A DNA stretch of 64,000 bases, from IMG/VR virus record IMGVR_UViG_3300037466_002980, positions 32,001 to 96,000 of that record. One strand, written 5' to 3'. Position numbers and translations under genes: made by a program. The notes beneath the pieces were generated by a model that was given only the letters and a program-made list of their open reading frames with translations, had not been told where the DNA came from and did not search any database. This DNA comes from a virus. Lineage: Duplodnaviria; Heunggongvirae; Uroviricota; Caudoviricetes. Positions 18,588-27,296 of the stretch are shown in pieces; within the stretch, counting starts at the first letter, position 1; each line of letters starts with the position of its first letter.

Positions 18588-21044
18588 TTATTTTGCAGTA
18601 ACAAAGGCATCTCTTAGTGCATCTAAAACAGGACGTAATGCCATTGCATTTCCTTGTGCTGCCGAATGTAACCATTCCAAAGCCTTTTCGTCATGGATAC
18701 TATCGGTATTGGTAGCATTCATAACCGCCTTAGCAATTGTTCTAGAAATGGCATCTTGACCCACTGGTGATACATTAATTGCACCTTGTTTATCAAGTTC
18801 AATATTGATTCTTTGAATATTAGCACCGGATGCCATTAATTGCTGTGCCTTTTCAAAGTTACCACCCTGCATCATTCTTTGAGCACTCTTGTGAATGTTA
18901 CTTAATGCTTGGTGTGCAAGTGTACGAAGAACTGGTCTAACTCTTTCAAAGACTCTCTTAAAATCTTGATCTAGATTTGGTTCTCCAGCATTACCTGCCT
19001 TCATTTGCTTTCTTTGATCCATTTTGTCTCTTTCAACAGCACTGTTAGAAACATAAACTGTACGAAGTCTACCAATCTGGTCAGCAAGAAGATTGAAAAC
19101 ATTATCTGGATTTTGCATATCTTTTCCATGATGAAGGCCCATACGAGCTTTCATAACTGTTGGATCAGACCATCTTTCTTCTTCTCCGTCGTCATCATCG
19201 ACTTTCTTTGGACGAAGTAATTCTGGATCAACCTGTTCACCATCGTCCTTAAAAGCAATAATCTGATATGGCAATGTACTATCTCCACCTGGATCGTATG
19301 GCTGATTTTTCTTTGCCTTCGCTGCCATTCTGTCCTTAATATGTTTTTCATAAGGCTTAATACCAGCAACTCCGTTTTCAGCTGATACAATAATAAAGTT
19401 ATCTGGATTTCTCTTGTATTCTTTCCATAATAATCTTTCACTAAATGGTGCTGGTTGAAGATCTGCATCATTGCTTAGTTTATGCATTCTATGTAACCAA
19501 CGAACTAATTTCTGTCCACCTTTCTGCTTTCCAATTAATCTACTCAATGAACTTTCTTCAATATAAGATTCATAAATTTCGTCGTCCCACTTGAGCTGCT
19601 CAAAGAGCGATGCTTGTGAAGTTAGGCCGGATGTTTCGGCTAATCTAGGCATATCTTCATTACCTCCAATGGCGTCTTGTGCGTTATTGCCTTGTAATTT
19701 TGCATCTTTATCTGGATAGGCATAGATATATTCTCCCATTGGATCTCTTACCACATGGAATCTCATACCATCCTTTCTATATTCCTTAACATCGGGTTTA
19801 TATCCCGGAATTGCTAAACCATGGCTGACATCCATTGTACCGAGATCCTCGGCATTCTTCTGTAACCAAGCTGCCACTGCTCTCACCTCAGAAGATGAAT
19901 TTGGACCTTGTCCATTTACGTTAGCAATTGTCTTGATTCCTTCTAATGGAGTCGATGTGAATAGACCAAATACTTGTCTGCCCATTCCTCTCACATTTCT
20001 ATCACGATATCCAGGCAAGTCACCTACGGTATGCCATTCGGGATATTCCATTCCCGATGTTCTTAATTCTCTGCTAATTAATGCAGGAACATCTTGCATA
20101 TTTCTTAATACAACGTCCCTGGTAGGATCTAATTCTGGTTCGTCGCCACCGGCCTCTGGATCAATTCTATTCATGAAATCTCTCATTTGGTCTGTAGGAC
20201 GCATTTGAGATAATCTGCCCTGAATAGATGATTTAGATGCAGATGGTAAATCCATCGGTGAATCGGAATGAAATCCGTCATCTGATCCTGCTGGTTGAAC
20301 TGGCAAGTTACCTTTTTTCTGTCCAAGTATGTCACCGAAATCCATGTCGTCGGGCATATCATCTGTCTTGGTTTTTTGTGGCCTTGATGGTGGTTCAGGC
20401 ATATCAACTTCTGCCTCTACAACTTCACCCATAACTTTACTATAGCAAGATTTTAGATCTTCCGGAGAAAGATTGTATAAATCGCTTTCGTTGTGGTATT
20501 GACTGTCTTTTGTAAGACCCATATTCTGCATAGAAAGGATACTATGAATCATATTCTCCGGTGATTCGTCCTCTGGTGCTTCTTCTAATTCATCACCATG
20601 AGTTAACGGTGATTCTTGTCCGACTTTTCTAAATTCAGTCTTGTGAACGATATCGCCTAATTTAACACCCTTTCCGGAACGTGGACGTTCCGTCTGATGA
20701 AATTCTGTTTCTTCTTCGTCGACTGCAAATGAACCAGCGCCCATACCACCTACAGAACCTTCCTCTTCCATATCATTAAATGGAATTTCAACTTCAACTT
20801 CACCCGTGTGTCCTTCGTGGCCTATGCATTCTTGTCCACACATTGGGCAAACTTCATCATTCATTCCGGGATTCATTCCAGGATTCATTTCTGGTTGCAT
20901 TTGTCCTTGTGGATCTGGAAAACATGTTTGACAATCCCAATTTCCACATCCACATTCAATATTTTCTTCGATTTCTTTACCTTCGCCGTTGAGTGCTTCT
21001 TCAACTGTCGAAAGCCATTTTGAAAAACTATCTTTTTGATCCAT
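18588..21044 (-). CDS. 818-aa late protein, probably virion-associated
   Basis: GATAAATA at 21082; Cys clusters and acidic N-terminal region. Confidence 0.65.
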   Translation of the reverse strand: MDQKDSFSKWLSTVEEALNGEGKEIEENIECGCGNWDCQTCFPDPQGQMQPEMNPGMNPGMNDEVCPMCGQECIGHEGHTGEVEVEIPFNDMEEEGSVGGMGAGSFAVDEEETEFHQTERPRSGKGVKLGDIVHKTEFRKVGQESPLTHGDELEEAPEDESPENMIHSILSMQNMGLTKDSQYHNESDLYNLSPEDLKSCYSKVMGEVVEAEVDMPEPPSRPQKTKTDDMPDDMDFGDILGQKKGNLPVQPAGSDDGFHSDSPMDLPSASKSSIQGRLSQMRPTDQMRDFMNRIDPEAGGDEPELDPTRDVVLRNMQDVPALISRELRTSGMEYPEWHTVGDLPGYRDRNVRGMGRQVFGLFTSTPLEGIKTIANVNGQGPNSSSEVRAVAAWLQKNAEDLGTMDVSHGLAIPGYKPDVKEYRKDGMRFHVVRDPMGEYIYAYPDKDAKLQGNNAQDAIGGNEDMPRLAETSGLTSQASLFEQLKWDDEIYESYIEESSLSRLIGKQKGGQKLVRWLHRMHKLSNDADLQPAPFSERLLWKEYKRNPDNFIIVSAENGVAGIKPYEKHIKDRMAAKAKKNQPYDPGGDSTLPYQIIAFKDDGEQVDPELLRPKKVDDDDGEEERWSDPTVMKARMGLHHGKDMQNPDNVFNLLADQIGRLRTVYVSNSAVERDKMDQRKQMKAGNAGEPNLDQDFKRVFERVRPVLRTLAHQALSNIHKSAQRMMQGGNFEKAQQLMASGANIQRINIELDKQGAINVSPVGQDAISRTIAKAVMNATNTDSIHDEKALEWLHSAAQGNAMALRPVLDALRDAFVTAK

Positions 21045-21116
21045 TACTGGCTCCTATTCCTAACTAGGTATTCAATATACTTATTTATCAAGAAGTATAA
21101 AGTTTTAAAGCCAATA

Positions 21117-21141
21117 AGAAAGGCGCTTAAAGCGCCTTTCT
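21117..21141. terminator. Rho-independent terminator, possibly bidirectional
   Basis: AGAAAGGCGCT-TAA-AGCGCCTTTCT. Confidence 0.8.
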
Positions 21142-21157
21142 ATTATTTAAAATTAAT

Positions 21158-21307
21158 TTATTGTCTACATGCATTTTTCGCTTGTTCAGCTGACGCAGTT
21201 TTCGAAACTTCTTTTACACAAGAAGCAACATTATAAGAACAACTGCCTACCATAATGGTTGCACAAATCACCGCCGCAACTGCAAAATAAAAGGTATTTT
21301 TATCCAT
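21158..21307 (-). CDS. 49-aa membrane/secreted peptide (absent from ORF track)
   Basis: MDKNTFYFAVAAVICATIMVGSCSYNVASCVKEVSKTASAEQAKNACRQ; AGGAG RBS. Confidence 0.6.
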   Translation of the reverse strand: MDKNTFYFAVAAVICATIMVGSCSYNVASCVKEVSKTASAEQAKNACRQ

Positions 21308-21309
21308 AA

Positions 21310-21474
21310 TTATCTCCTACAAATTTTAGAAATATCTTCGGCCTTCATGCCAGATTTAATTGCTTCTATCCGACATTCCTGAATTCTCTTTGAAGTTTGT
21401 GATGCTGAAAATCCTATCGTAAGAAAGAACATGCAGGCAACCAAAGAGGCAGCAATCAATTGTTCTCGGTTCAT
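21310..21474 (-). CDS. 54-aa membrane/secreted peptide (absent from ORF track)
   Basis: MNREQLIAASLVACMFFLTIGFSASQTSKRIQECRIEAIKSGMKAEDISKICRR; overlaps ligase stop. Confidence 0.6.
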   Translation of the reverse strand: MNREQLIAASLVACMFFLTIGFSASQTSKRIQECRIEAIKSGMKAEDISKICRR

Positions 21475-22790
21475 TTTATTTCCTTTGAAGAATTAGCTAC
21501 AGTTTTATCAGTTCGAAATTCGGCAAATCTTGGTAGAAAAAGTGAATCGATACCCTTTCTATCTTTGCTCTTGATTCTTTCATTATAAATCACAGCCACA
21601 ATTGTTCCTATTAAGGAATTGATTTCTTCTGTAATTTGTTTTCTAAGATCGATGGAAAATCCACTAATTGCTACCTCAACCGTTCTATCGCTTGAAGCAC
21701 AAATTAGACTACCGACCATGTCGGTAAATTGACCGGTCCCGGGATTCCATCCGATAATTTCTAAATCACAATCCTTTTCTGCCTTCATCTTAACAAGATG
21801 TTTACTTCTTCCGTCTTCCCAGAAGGCATTGAAGTTTTTAAGAATTGTTCCTTCTTCACCCTGTTCCAAAAGGAACTCAAAATGTTCTATCGCCTCTTCA
21901 AGTGAATTTACAATTCTATATGGGATTACCCAAAAACAAGGTGCAACTAATTTCTTATAAGTTTTTTCTACCGCATCTAATAATGTTTCGAATCTATCCT
22001 TATAAGATATATTACCTTGTCCAATTTTGAAGTAATTTAGTGGAATGACATCCCAGACTTGAAATCGAACCGCCATCGCTTCAATTGGAGAAATTGTACC
22101 TTTAATGGCTTTATTAATAATTCCGTTTCCTGTTTTTCTATCAACAATGACATTCTTATCTTCACAGACAACAAATTCACCATCGAACACCACAGGATAC
22201 GGAAAATGACTTGCTAATTCAATTAAATCAGCATCCATTAAACCAAGCAAATCAATTTCTCTTCCACTTCTTCCACAAAGTGTAACCTTACCATTTTCGA
22301 CAATTGCATTGGCACGGAGTCCATCTGCCTTCAATTGACTATATGCAGGAAACTTAATATTCTTGATATTTTTCTCATCATACGGTCGAGCAAGAAGACA
22401 GGGATATGAAGGAATGTATTCTCCTACAACAGCATTTACAATACCTTCCGCCATACCGCATCGTAAATCCTTACCAATAATGCGCTCAATAACAATAGCA
22501 TCATCACGAGACAACTCACTAAGAATATGACGCAAATGCTCAATACCTGCGTGACCAGTGAATTCTCTCTTCGCCAATCTGTCAAGTTCAACCAATGCCC
22601 AGTGGAGGGTCTTTTGATTTTTTGGTTCATAATCCGGAATCTTCCTGATATAAAAATTCACGAAGGGATCTAATGCCAGCTTTACCGTCTTCATGAATAA
22701 ATCATTACTTAGGTGGAGACGTAATGTCTCCACCTTGTGCGTTCGGCTAGAATCAGATCCGATATCTTCTAAAATTTTCAATACAGACAT
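21471..22790 (-). CDS. ATP-dependent DNA ligase (T4 gp30-like)
   Basis: KADGLR adenylation motif, FDGE, EGTILK, LFLPRF...RTDK. Confidence 0.95.
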   Translation of the reverse strand: MSVLKILEDIGSDSSRTHKVETLRLHLSNDLFMKTVKLALDPFVNFYIRKIPDYEPKNQKTLHWALVELDRLAKREFTGHAGIEHLRHILSELSRDDAIVIERIIGKDLRCGMAEGIVNAVVGEYIPSYPCLLARPYDEKNIKNIKFPAYSQLKADGLRANAIVENGKVTLCGRSGREIDLLGLMDADLIELASHFPYPVVFDGEFVVCEDKNVIVDRKTGNGIINKAIKGTISPIEAMAVRFQVWDVIPLNYFKIGQGNISYKDRFETLLDAVEKTYKKLVAPCFWVIPYRIVNSLEEAIEHFEFLLEQGEEGTILKNFNAFWEDGRSKHLVKMKAEKDCDLEIIGWNPGTGQFTDMVGSLICASSDRTVEVAISGFSIDLRKQITEEINSLIGTIVAVIYNERIKSKDRKGIDSLFLPRFAEFRTDKTVANSSKEIK

Positions 22791-23969
22791 TTATGCCTCA
22801 TACCAACAAGTTAATCCAAATGGAGAAACAATATGATGCGAAGGATCACTATGAATAACATAAACAGTATCACAGTAATTAGGATCACCAAATCCGAGTC
22901 CACAATCATATCCATCGGTAAAGTGAATAAACACTTCAGGCACGATATCGTTTTCCTTCATGTAATTCCAGTTACAATTGAAGTCGTTACCACCACGACC
23001 CATCACTTCATATTCATCGATTTCATGAATATTATCGGGAGTATAGATTTGTTCGTTATAAACCTGAGTATCTGAACACCAAAGTCTAATTTCGAAATCA
23101 GTGAACTGTTCCATGATTCCCCGAACTTCACCGAGAAAGTCCTGAATCATCTTATCGGAAATCGAACCAGAACTATCCATGCCGATTGCAACAGAGACTT
23201 TTTGTCCACGCTTTACAGCAGGAAGGAAGAATCCACCGGCTTGCGCCTTTCTGGAACAACGCATCCATGTATAATCATCAGAGAAGACAGATTGAATTCT
23301 CATATTAAGAATTTCTCTCCAATCCATCTGTGGATCAGTGATATCCTTAAGCATTCTTTTCACATTAGCCGGAGCATGACCGACGTTAGATTTCAATGCT
23401 GTCATAACCGCAGAACGAATTTCATCAGAAAGTTGTCTGCGTTCTTCATCAGTCATCGGAACACCCTTGCCGTCGCCGGGTTCGATGTGAATATCAAACT
23501 GCGGATAACCCGCATCGGGATTTTCCTTCTTTAACTTTTCGTAGAGCTCTTCAGTAAACATTCCCTTGTATTTCGGATCAAAACAAGGTTCCACACCCGA
23601 AGTTTTCGGATTAGGAAGTTTACCGACATTGTGTTCGTGCAATTCCCAATTGATAACAAAATCTGCGGCCGCGTTCCACAATTTCGGATCTCGTCCGCCT
23701 CGACGACTCATGTGGTCATAAACGCAGTGTTCCACTTCGTGACCAATAAGGAAAACAGTTTCTTCTTTTGTTAATTTTTCGATGAAATTACGATTATAAT
23801 ACATATATCGTCCATCGGTTGCTGCTGTCGTGCACCAACCATCGGGATCATCGGTTGCATCTTTCAAAATAAGACGTGTTGCTAGAGTTCCCCAAAATGG
23901 TTGCCTCAGCAACAATGAAATACGTGCTCGGGTGAGTTGTTCGATAACTTTTTCGGACTGTGTAGGCAT
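22791..23969 (-). CDS. DUF2201-type putative metallopeptidase plus VWA domain
   Basis: TAATDG, HEVEH (HExxH), WNAAADF, DSSGS MIDAS, FTDG; start set at MPTQ because a promoter lies at 23994-24023. Confidence 0.85.
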   Translation of the reverse strand: MPTQSEKVIEQLTRARISLLLRQPFWGTLATRLILKDATDDPDGWCTTAATDGRYMYYNRNFIEKLTKEETVFLIGHEVEHCVYDHMSRRGGRDPKLWNAAADFVINWELHEHNVGKLPNPKTSGVEPCFDPKYKGMFTEELYEKLKKENPDAGYPQFDIHIEPGDGKGVPMTDEERRQLSDEIRSAVMTALKSNVGHAPANVKRMLKDITDPQMDWREILNMRIQSVFSDDYTWMRCSRKAQAGGFFLPAVKRGQKVSVAIGMDSSGSISDKMIQDFLGEVRGIMEQFTDFEIRLWCSDTQVYNEQIYTPDNIHEIDEYEVMGRGGNDFNCNWNYMKENDIVPEVFIHFTDGYDCGLGFGDPNYCDTVYVIHSDPSHHIVSPFGLTCWYEA

Positions 23970-23993
23970 CGTTTTACTTTCAAGTGTTTGTGT

Positions 23994-24023
23994 ATTATAT
24001 CGTAGATATAGCTGGGTTGTCAA
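23994..24023 (-). promoter_or_regulatory. Sigma70-type promoter TTGACA-N18-TATAAT
   Basis: Consensus hexamers. Confidence 0.75.
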
Positions 24024-24040
24024 ATGATTATTTGAAATAC

Positions 24041-24174
24041 GTTCCCAAGGTGGAACACATCAAACCACCGTCCTTCTAGTTAAGTGCTAGGTGCTCTATG
24101 TAACTCGAATAATATGACTTCGCCGGCGCCGGCTCTAACGTCAGCAATCATTGGTCTTTCTGAGCTATTGGGAA
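24041..24174 (-). ncRNA. tRNA-Lys(CUU)-like RNA with a ~60-nt D-loop insertion
   Basis: Acceptor TTCCCAA/TTGGGAA, TA-GCTC-AG...TA-GAGC D-stem, CTAG-CACTTAA-CTAG anticodon arm, AGGAC variable loop, GGTGG/CCACC T-stem. Confidence 0.7.
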
Positions 24175-24179
24175 TTCTT

Positions 24180-24497
24180 TTATTCTTTAGGAAGATGTTC
24201 TAGAATGACTCTATCGTATCCATATTCGATAGCATATTCTACAATATCCATTAAAGGAAATGTATCTTCGGGAGTAGTGTACCACAGCACCTTTAATGGA
24301 TCGATCTTCTCAAATCCAGTAAGTGCCGAAGTTGATTTCTTTAAATAGTCCTTAAATGATTTGAATTCTGTTTCGTTATAAGGACCAACTGTAGCATTTA
24401 AAATTTCTTCGTATGGGATTATCTGTATATTTTTAATAAATTTTCTTGATTCATCGGCAACTGTATATTCTTTTCCTAAACTAGCAACATCTGTCAT
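24180..24497 (-). CDS. Hypothetical protein
   Basis: Downstream of SOD in the same operon. Confidence 0.55.
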   Translation of the reverse strand: MTDVASLGKEYTVADESRKFIKNIQIIPYEEILNATVGPYNETEFKSFKDYLKKSTSALTGFEKIDPLKVLWYTTPEDTFPLMDIVEYAIEYGYDRVILEHLPKE

Positions 24498-24498
24498 T

Positions 24499-25047
24499 TT
24501 AATTTAACCTCGTATTAATAATATCCCAATTAATAATTTTCCAAATATTCTTCAAATATTTTTCTTTATCGGATCCGTAATCAGTCAAGAATGCATGCTC
24601 CCACATATCTATAATCACTGCTACATTTGTGAGAATTTTATGATTTTGAATTGTTTGAATAGAACCTGATTTGGTTAGATAAACCCATCCAGAACCATGT
24701 ATTCCTAATGCTTCCTCTTTAATTGAATCTTTAAATTTGTCAAACGAACCAAATTTAGTATCGATTAAAGTTTTTATTTCACCGGTTGGATTATTTGAAT
24801 TTTTTGGTATTTGAAATTGTTCAAAGAACAATGTATGAAGTTTTGCTCCTGCAACCTGAAATTCACCTTCGCCTGCGTGAGCTTTCTCTACATAACGTTT
24901 ATATAGTATTCCATAATGCAGATCAATGTTTTCCTTAGAAAGGACTGGTGATAATTGATCAGATTTAACAGGAAGTTTTATTTGTTTGACTTCTATTTCG
25001 GCTGAGACTTTTTCTAATAATTTTCTAAATTCGCCTGGTGTATTCAT
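24499..25047 (-). CDS. Fe/Mn superoxide dismutase (compact)
   Basis: LHYG, LHTLFF, GSGWVYL, DMWEHAF..DY; four metal ligands appear present. Confidence 0.9.
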   Translation of the reverse strand: MNTPGEFRKLLEKVSAEIEVKQIKLPVKSDQLSPVLSKENIDLHYGILYKRYVEKAHAGEGEFQVAGAKLHTLFFEQFQIPKNSNNPTGEIKTLIDTKFGSFDKFKDSIKEEALGIHGSGWVYLTKSGSIQTIQNHKILTNVAVIIDMWEHAFLTDYGSDKEKYLKNIWKIINWDIINTRLN

Positions 25048-25051
25048 ATAA

Positions 25052-26089
25052 TTATTTATTGAAAATCAAGAAGTTTTTCTTATTTTCGTAGAATCTCCTA
25101 ACACCTATCATTCTTTCTAATGTGAATCTATCCAATAGGTCATCAGCAAAACTCTTTATATCGAAATTTCGATCTTTTCTATCTTTTTCATCAATCGAAA
25201 TATTTGTAATAGATATATCAGAATTAGATTCTGTTTTATTACCAACAATTACAGGATAGAATGTAATATTTGAACCTTTATAATTTATATTTCTATAATC
25301 AACCAAAACTGAAAATTGTTCAGTTACCGGATGAACATATAGAATACTATGAAAATCTTGTCCTTTAGAGTCTATGATTCCCATAAATTCAGAAGAAGAT
25401 CCCGGGTAGCAAACAATTTTATTTTCATCAATGATATTTGATGAACCTTTACCAAACACCATATGGCTGAAGTTTGATTCAATTTCTGTGATAATATTTC
25501 GTAATACAAAAGAAATACCCGAAAGATTATTCTTATAAAAGGTGCTTAGTTTTATTTCAGCTGTGGGATGAATAATATAATTCATTACAGCATTTAATGC
25601 ACTCGTACTTTCGATTTCTTCTACAATTTCAATTGAAATATTATCGAGAACTTCAAATGCAGCAACCGAATTATAAAATGTTTCATAATCACATTTGTAC
25701 CTTACATATATCGGTTCATCGATATTTCCTGTAATTTGAAATAAGGTATGATTATGACAAATCAGATATGCGATTGTTGAGAATGTTTCGGGGTTATATA
25801 AACTCACAGAATTCGTCTTTTCAGAATTTTCTAAAGAATTTACAATTGTGATATTTGGATGATCATATAGTTCCTTACTTACATGAATTTCATTTCCAGA
25901 AATAATCGCAATTAATCCCGATAATCCATTATCGACAATCATCTGCGTCTTATTATTTTGAATATGAAATCTCTGCTCAAAAATAGTATCCAGATTGGTA
26001 TTCTTATATTTCTCTTGAATAGAAGAATAATTTAATTCTGGAAAATATTTCCCAAGGAAATTCTTAATTGAAATTAAATCGTTGGTCAT
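25052..26089 (-). CDS. Possible degenerate SufB/SufD-like protein
   Basis: EKYKNT N-terminal motif and beta-rich repeats reminiscent of SufD; weak. Confidence 0.4.
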   Translation of the reverse strand: MTNDLISIKNFLGKYFPELNYSSIQEKYKNTNLDTIFEQRFHIQNNKTQMIVDNGLSGLIAIISGNEIHVSKELYDHPNITIVNSLENSEKTNSVSLYNPETFSTIAYLICHNHTLFQITGNIDEPIYVRYKCDYETFYNSVAAFEVLDNISIEIVEEIESTSALNAVMNYIIHPTAEIKLSTFYKNNLSGISFVLRNIITEIESNFSHMVFGKGSSNIIDENKIVCYPGSSSEFMGIIDSKGQDFHSILYVHPVTEQFSVLVDYRNINYKGSNITFYPVIVGNKTESNSDISITNISIDEKDRKDRNFDIKSFADDLLDRFTLERMIGVRRFYENKKNFLIFNK

Positions 26090-26118
26090 TTATTTCCTGT
26101 GTTACAGGATATTTATAT

Positions 26119-26424
26119 TTAAATTTCTTCAGCGATGGCTGTTAAAGGAAAGCCATTTGAACGGGAATAATTGATTGTTTCCGAAACCTTTTCGTCAGCA
26201 ATTTCTTTTGTGTATGGTCCACCAGCAATGCCTTGTCCGGCATTATGGATGTTAACAGTAATTTCATAAGCCTCTTCAAATGTCTTATGAAAAATTCCTA
26301 CTAAAATTCCGATAACAAATTCAAAGGTTGTTCTATCATCATTGAACAAGATAACCTGATATTTCTTCGGCTCTTGTACTTGAATGTTTTCCTCAATCTT
26401 TTCAATAACGTTTGTTTCAGACAT
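26119..26424 (-). CDS. clpS: ClpS adaptor
   Basis: YQVILFNDDRTTFEFV, IHNAGQG, GFPL. Confidence 0.95.
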   Translation of the reverse strand: MSETNVIEKIEENIQVQEPKKYQVILFNDDRTTFEFVIGILVGIFHKTFEEAYEITVNIHNAGQGIAGGPYTKEIADEKVSETINYSRSNGFPLTAIAEEI

Positions 26425-26486
26425 ATCATTAATCCCGTGTAGTGCAGAACGTTATTCTATACTACACGGGCCCTATTAGTCAAGAA

Positions 26487-26900
26487 TTATTTTATGGGGA
26501 TTAACTTAGGCTTTTCTTCTTCGGGAATGTTTTTCTCGAACCTAATTACCAAGAGCCCATCTTCGATTTTGGCAGAAACTGTTTCATAATGTTCAGCAAG
26601 CTGAAATCTTTTTATAAAGCTTCGATTAGCAATACCCTGATAGGAATATGCTTGTCGTTGATTTTCGGGCTTGACTCCTTGAATTGTAATTTCACCATTG
26701 TGTTCTCTAATTTCAATTTCATCTTTCTTGAAACCAGCAACAGCAATTTCTAATATGATTTCGTTTTCATTCTCACCCTTATAGATATTATGAGGCGGAT
26801 AATTTGTGCCAGATAGGGTGAAGTTTCTGAAAACTGGTGCGAATCCAATTGATAAGGATTCGAGTTGATCAAATAGTCGTTGAAAGTCATGATTTGCCAT
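26487..26900 (-). CDS. Small heat-shock protein (Hsp20/IbpA-like)
   Basis: NYPPHNI, IAVAGF, QGIANRSF, DGLL; start at MANHD after AAGGAG. Confidence 0.95.
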   Translation of the reverse strand: MANHDFQRLFDQLESLSIGFAPVFRNFTLSGTNYPPHNIYKGENENEIILEIAVAGFKKDEIEIREHNGEITIQGVKPENQRQAYSYQGIANRSFIKRFQLAEHYETVSAKIEDGLLVIRFEKNIPEEEKPKLIPIK

Positions 26901-26980
26901 GATTACTCCTTTTTTAAGCAAGTTTAAATTTGTGCCCAATGCACGTTTCACAAGACCCAATTTAGGCGTTCTTGTAAAAT
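26901..26980 (-). promoter_or_regulatory. ROSE-like RNA thermometer leader of hsp20
   Basis: Hairpins followed by CTTGCTT-AAAA-AAGGAG (UUGCU anti-SD). Confidence 0.6.
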
Positions 26981-27038
26981 TATTTATCTCTGGTATTATA
27001 GAGACTTTTTAAGATTTAATCAATATTCTATAAAGCTA

Positions 27039-27296
27039 TCAATAATTACGATCTCTGTGCCAAAGTCCAAGATCCATCATTTCTTCAACTTGTCTTTCCC
27101 AACGTCTACGCGCCTGTTTACGCATTCTTTGTTTCTTAACAGCAGGTTTCTCAAAGGCACCTCTATCTTTAATTTCTTTTAATAATCCAGAATCCTGAAC
27201 TTTCTTTGACCAGGTACGTAATGCTCTTCCGAGATCATCTTTTACCTCTACTGATATTCCTCTTCTCTTTGGCTTAGAATCTCTATACTTACTCAT
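27039..27296 (-). CDS. rpsU: Ribosomal protein bS21 homolog
   Basis: VEVKDDLGRALRTWSKKVQDSGLLKEIKDRGAFEKPAVKK..RKQARRR. Confidence 0.85.
   Translation of the reverse strand: MSKYRDSKPKRRGISVEVKDDLGRALRTWSKKVQDSGLLKEIKDRGAFEKPAVKKQRMRKQARRRWERQVEEMMDLGLWHRDRNY

Noticed and set aside
23970-24023. ORF-track N-terminal extensions (also 26901-26960, 44913-44945, 51453-51521, 57402-57431)
   Set aside because: They overlap promoters, leaders or upstream genes; downstream ATGs fit better
24041-24174. Calling the element a canonical tRNA, tmRNA or group I intron-containing tRNA
   Set aside because: Loops are non-canonical, there is no tag reading frame, and the insert is far too short for a group I intron and lies in the D-loop
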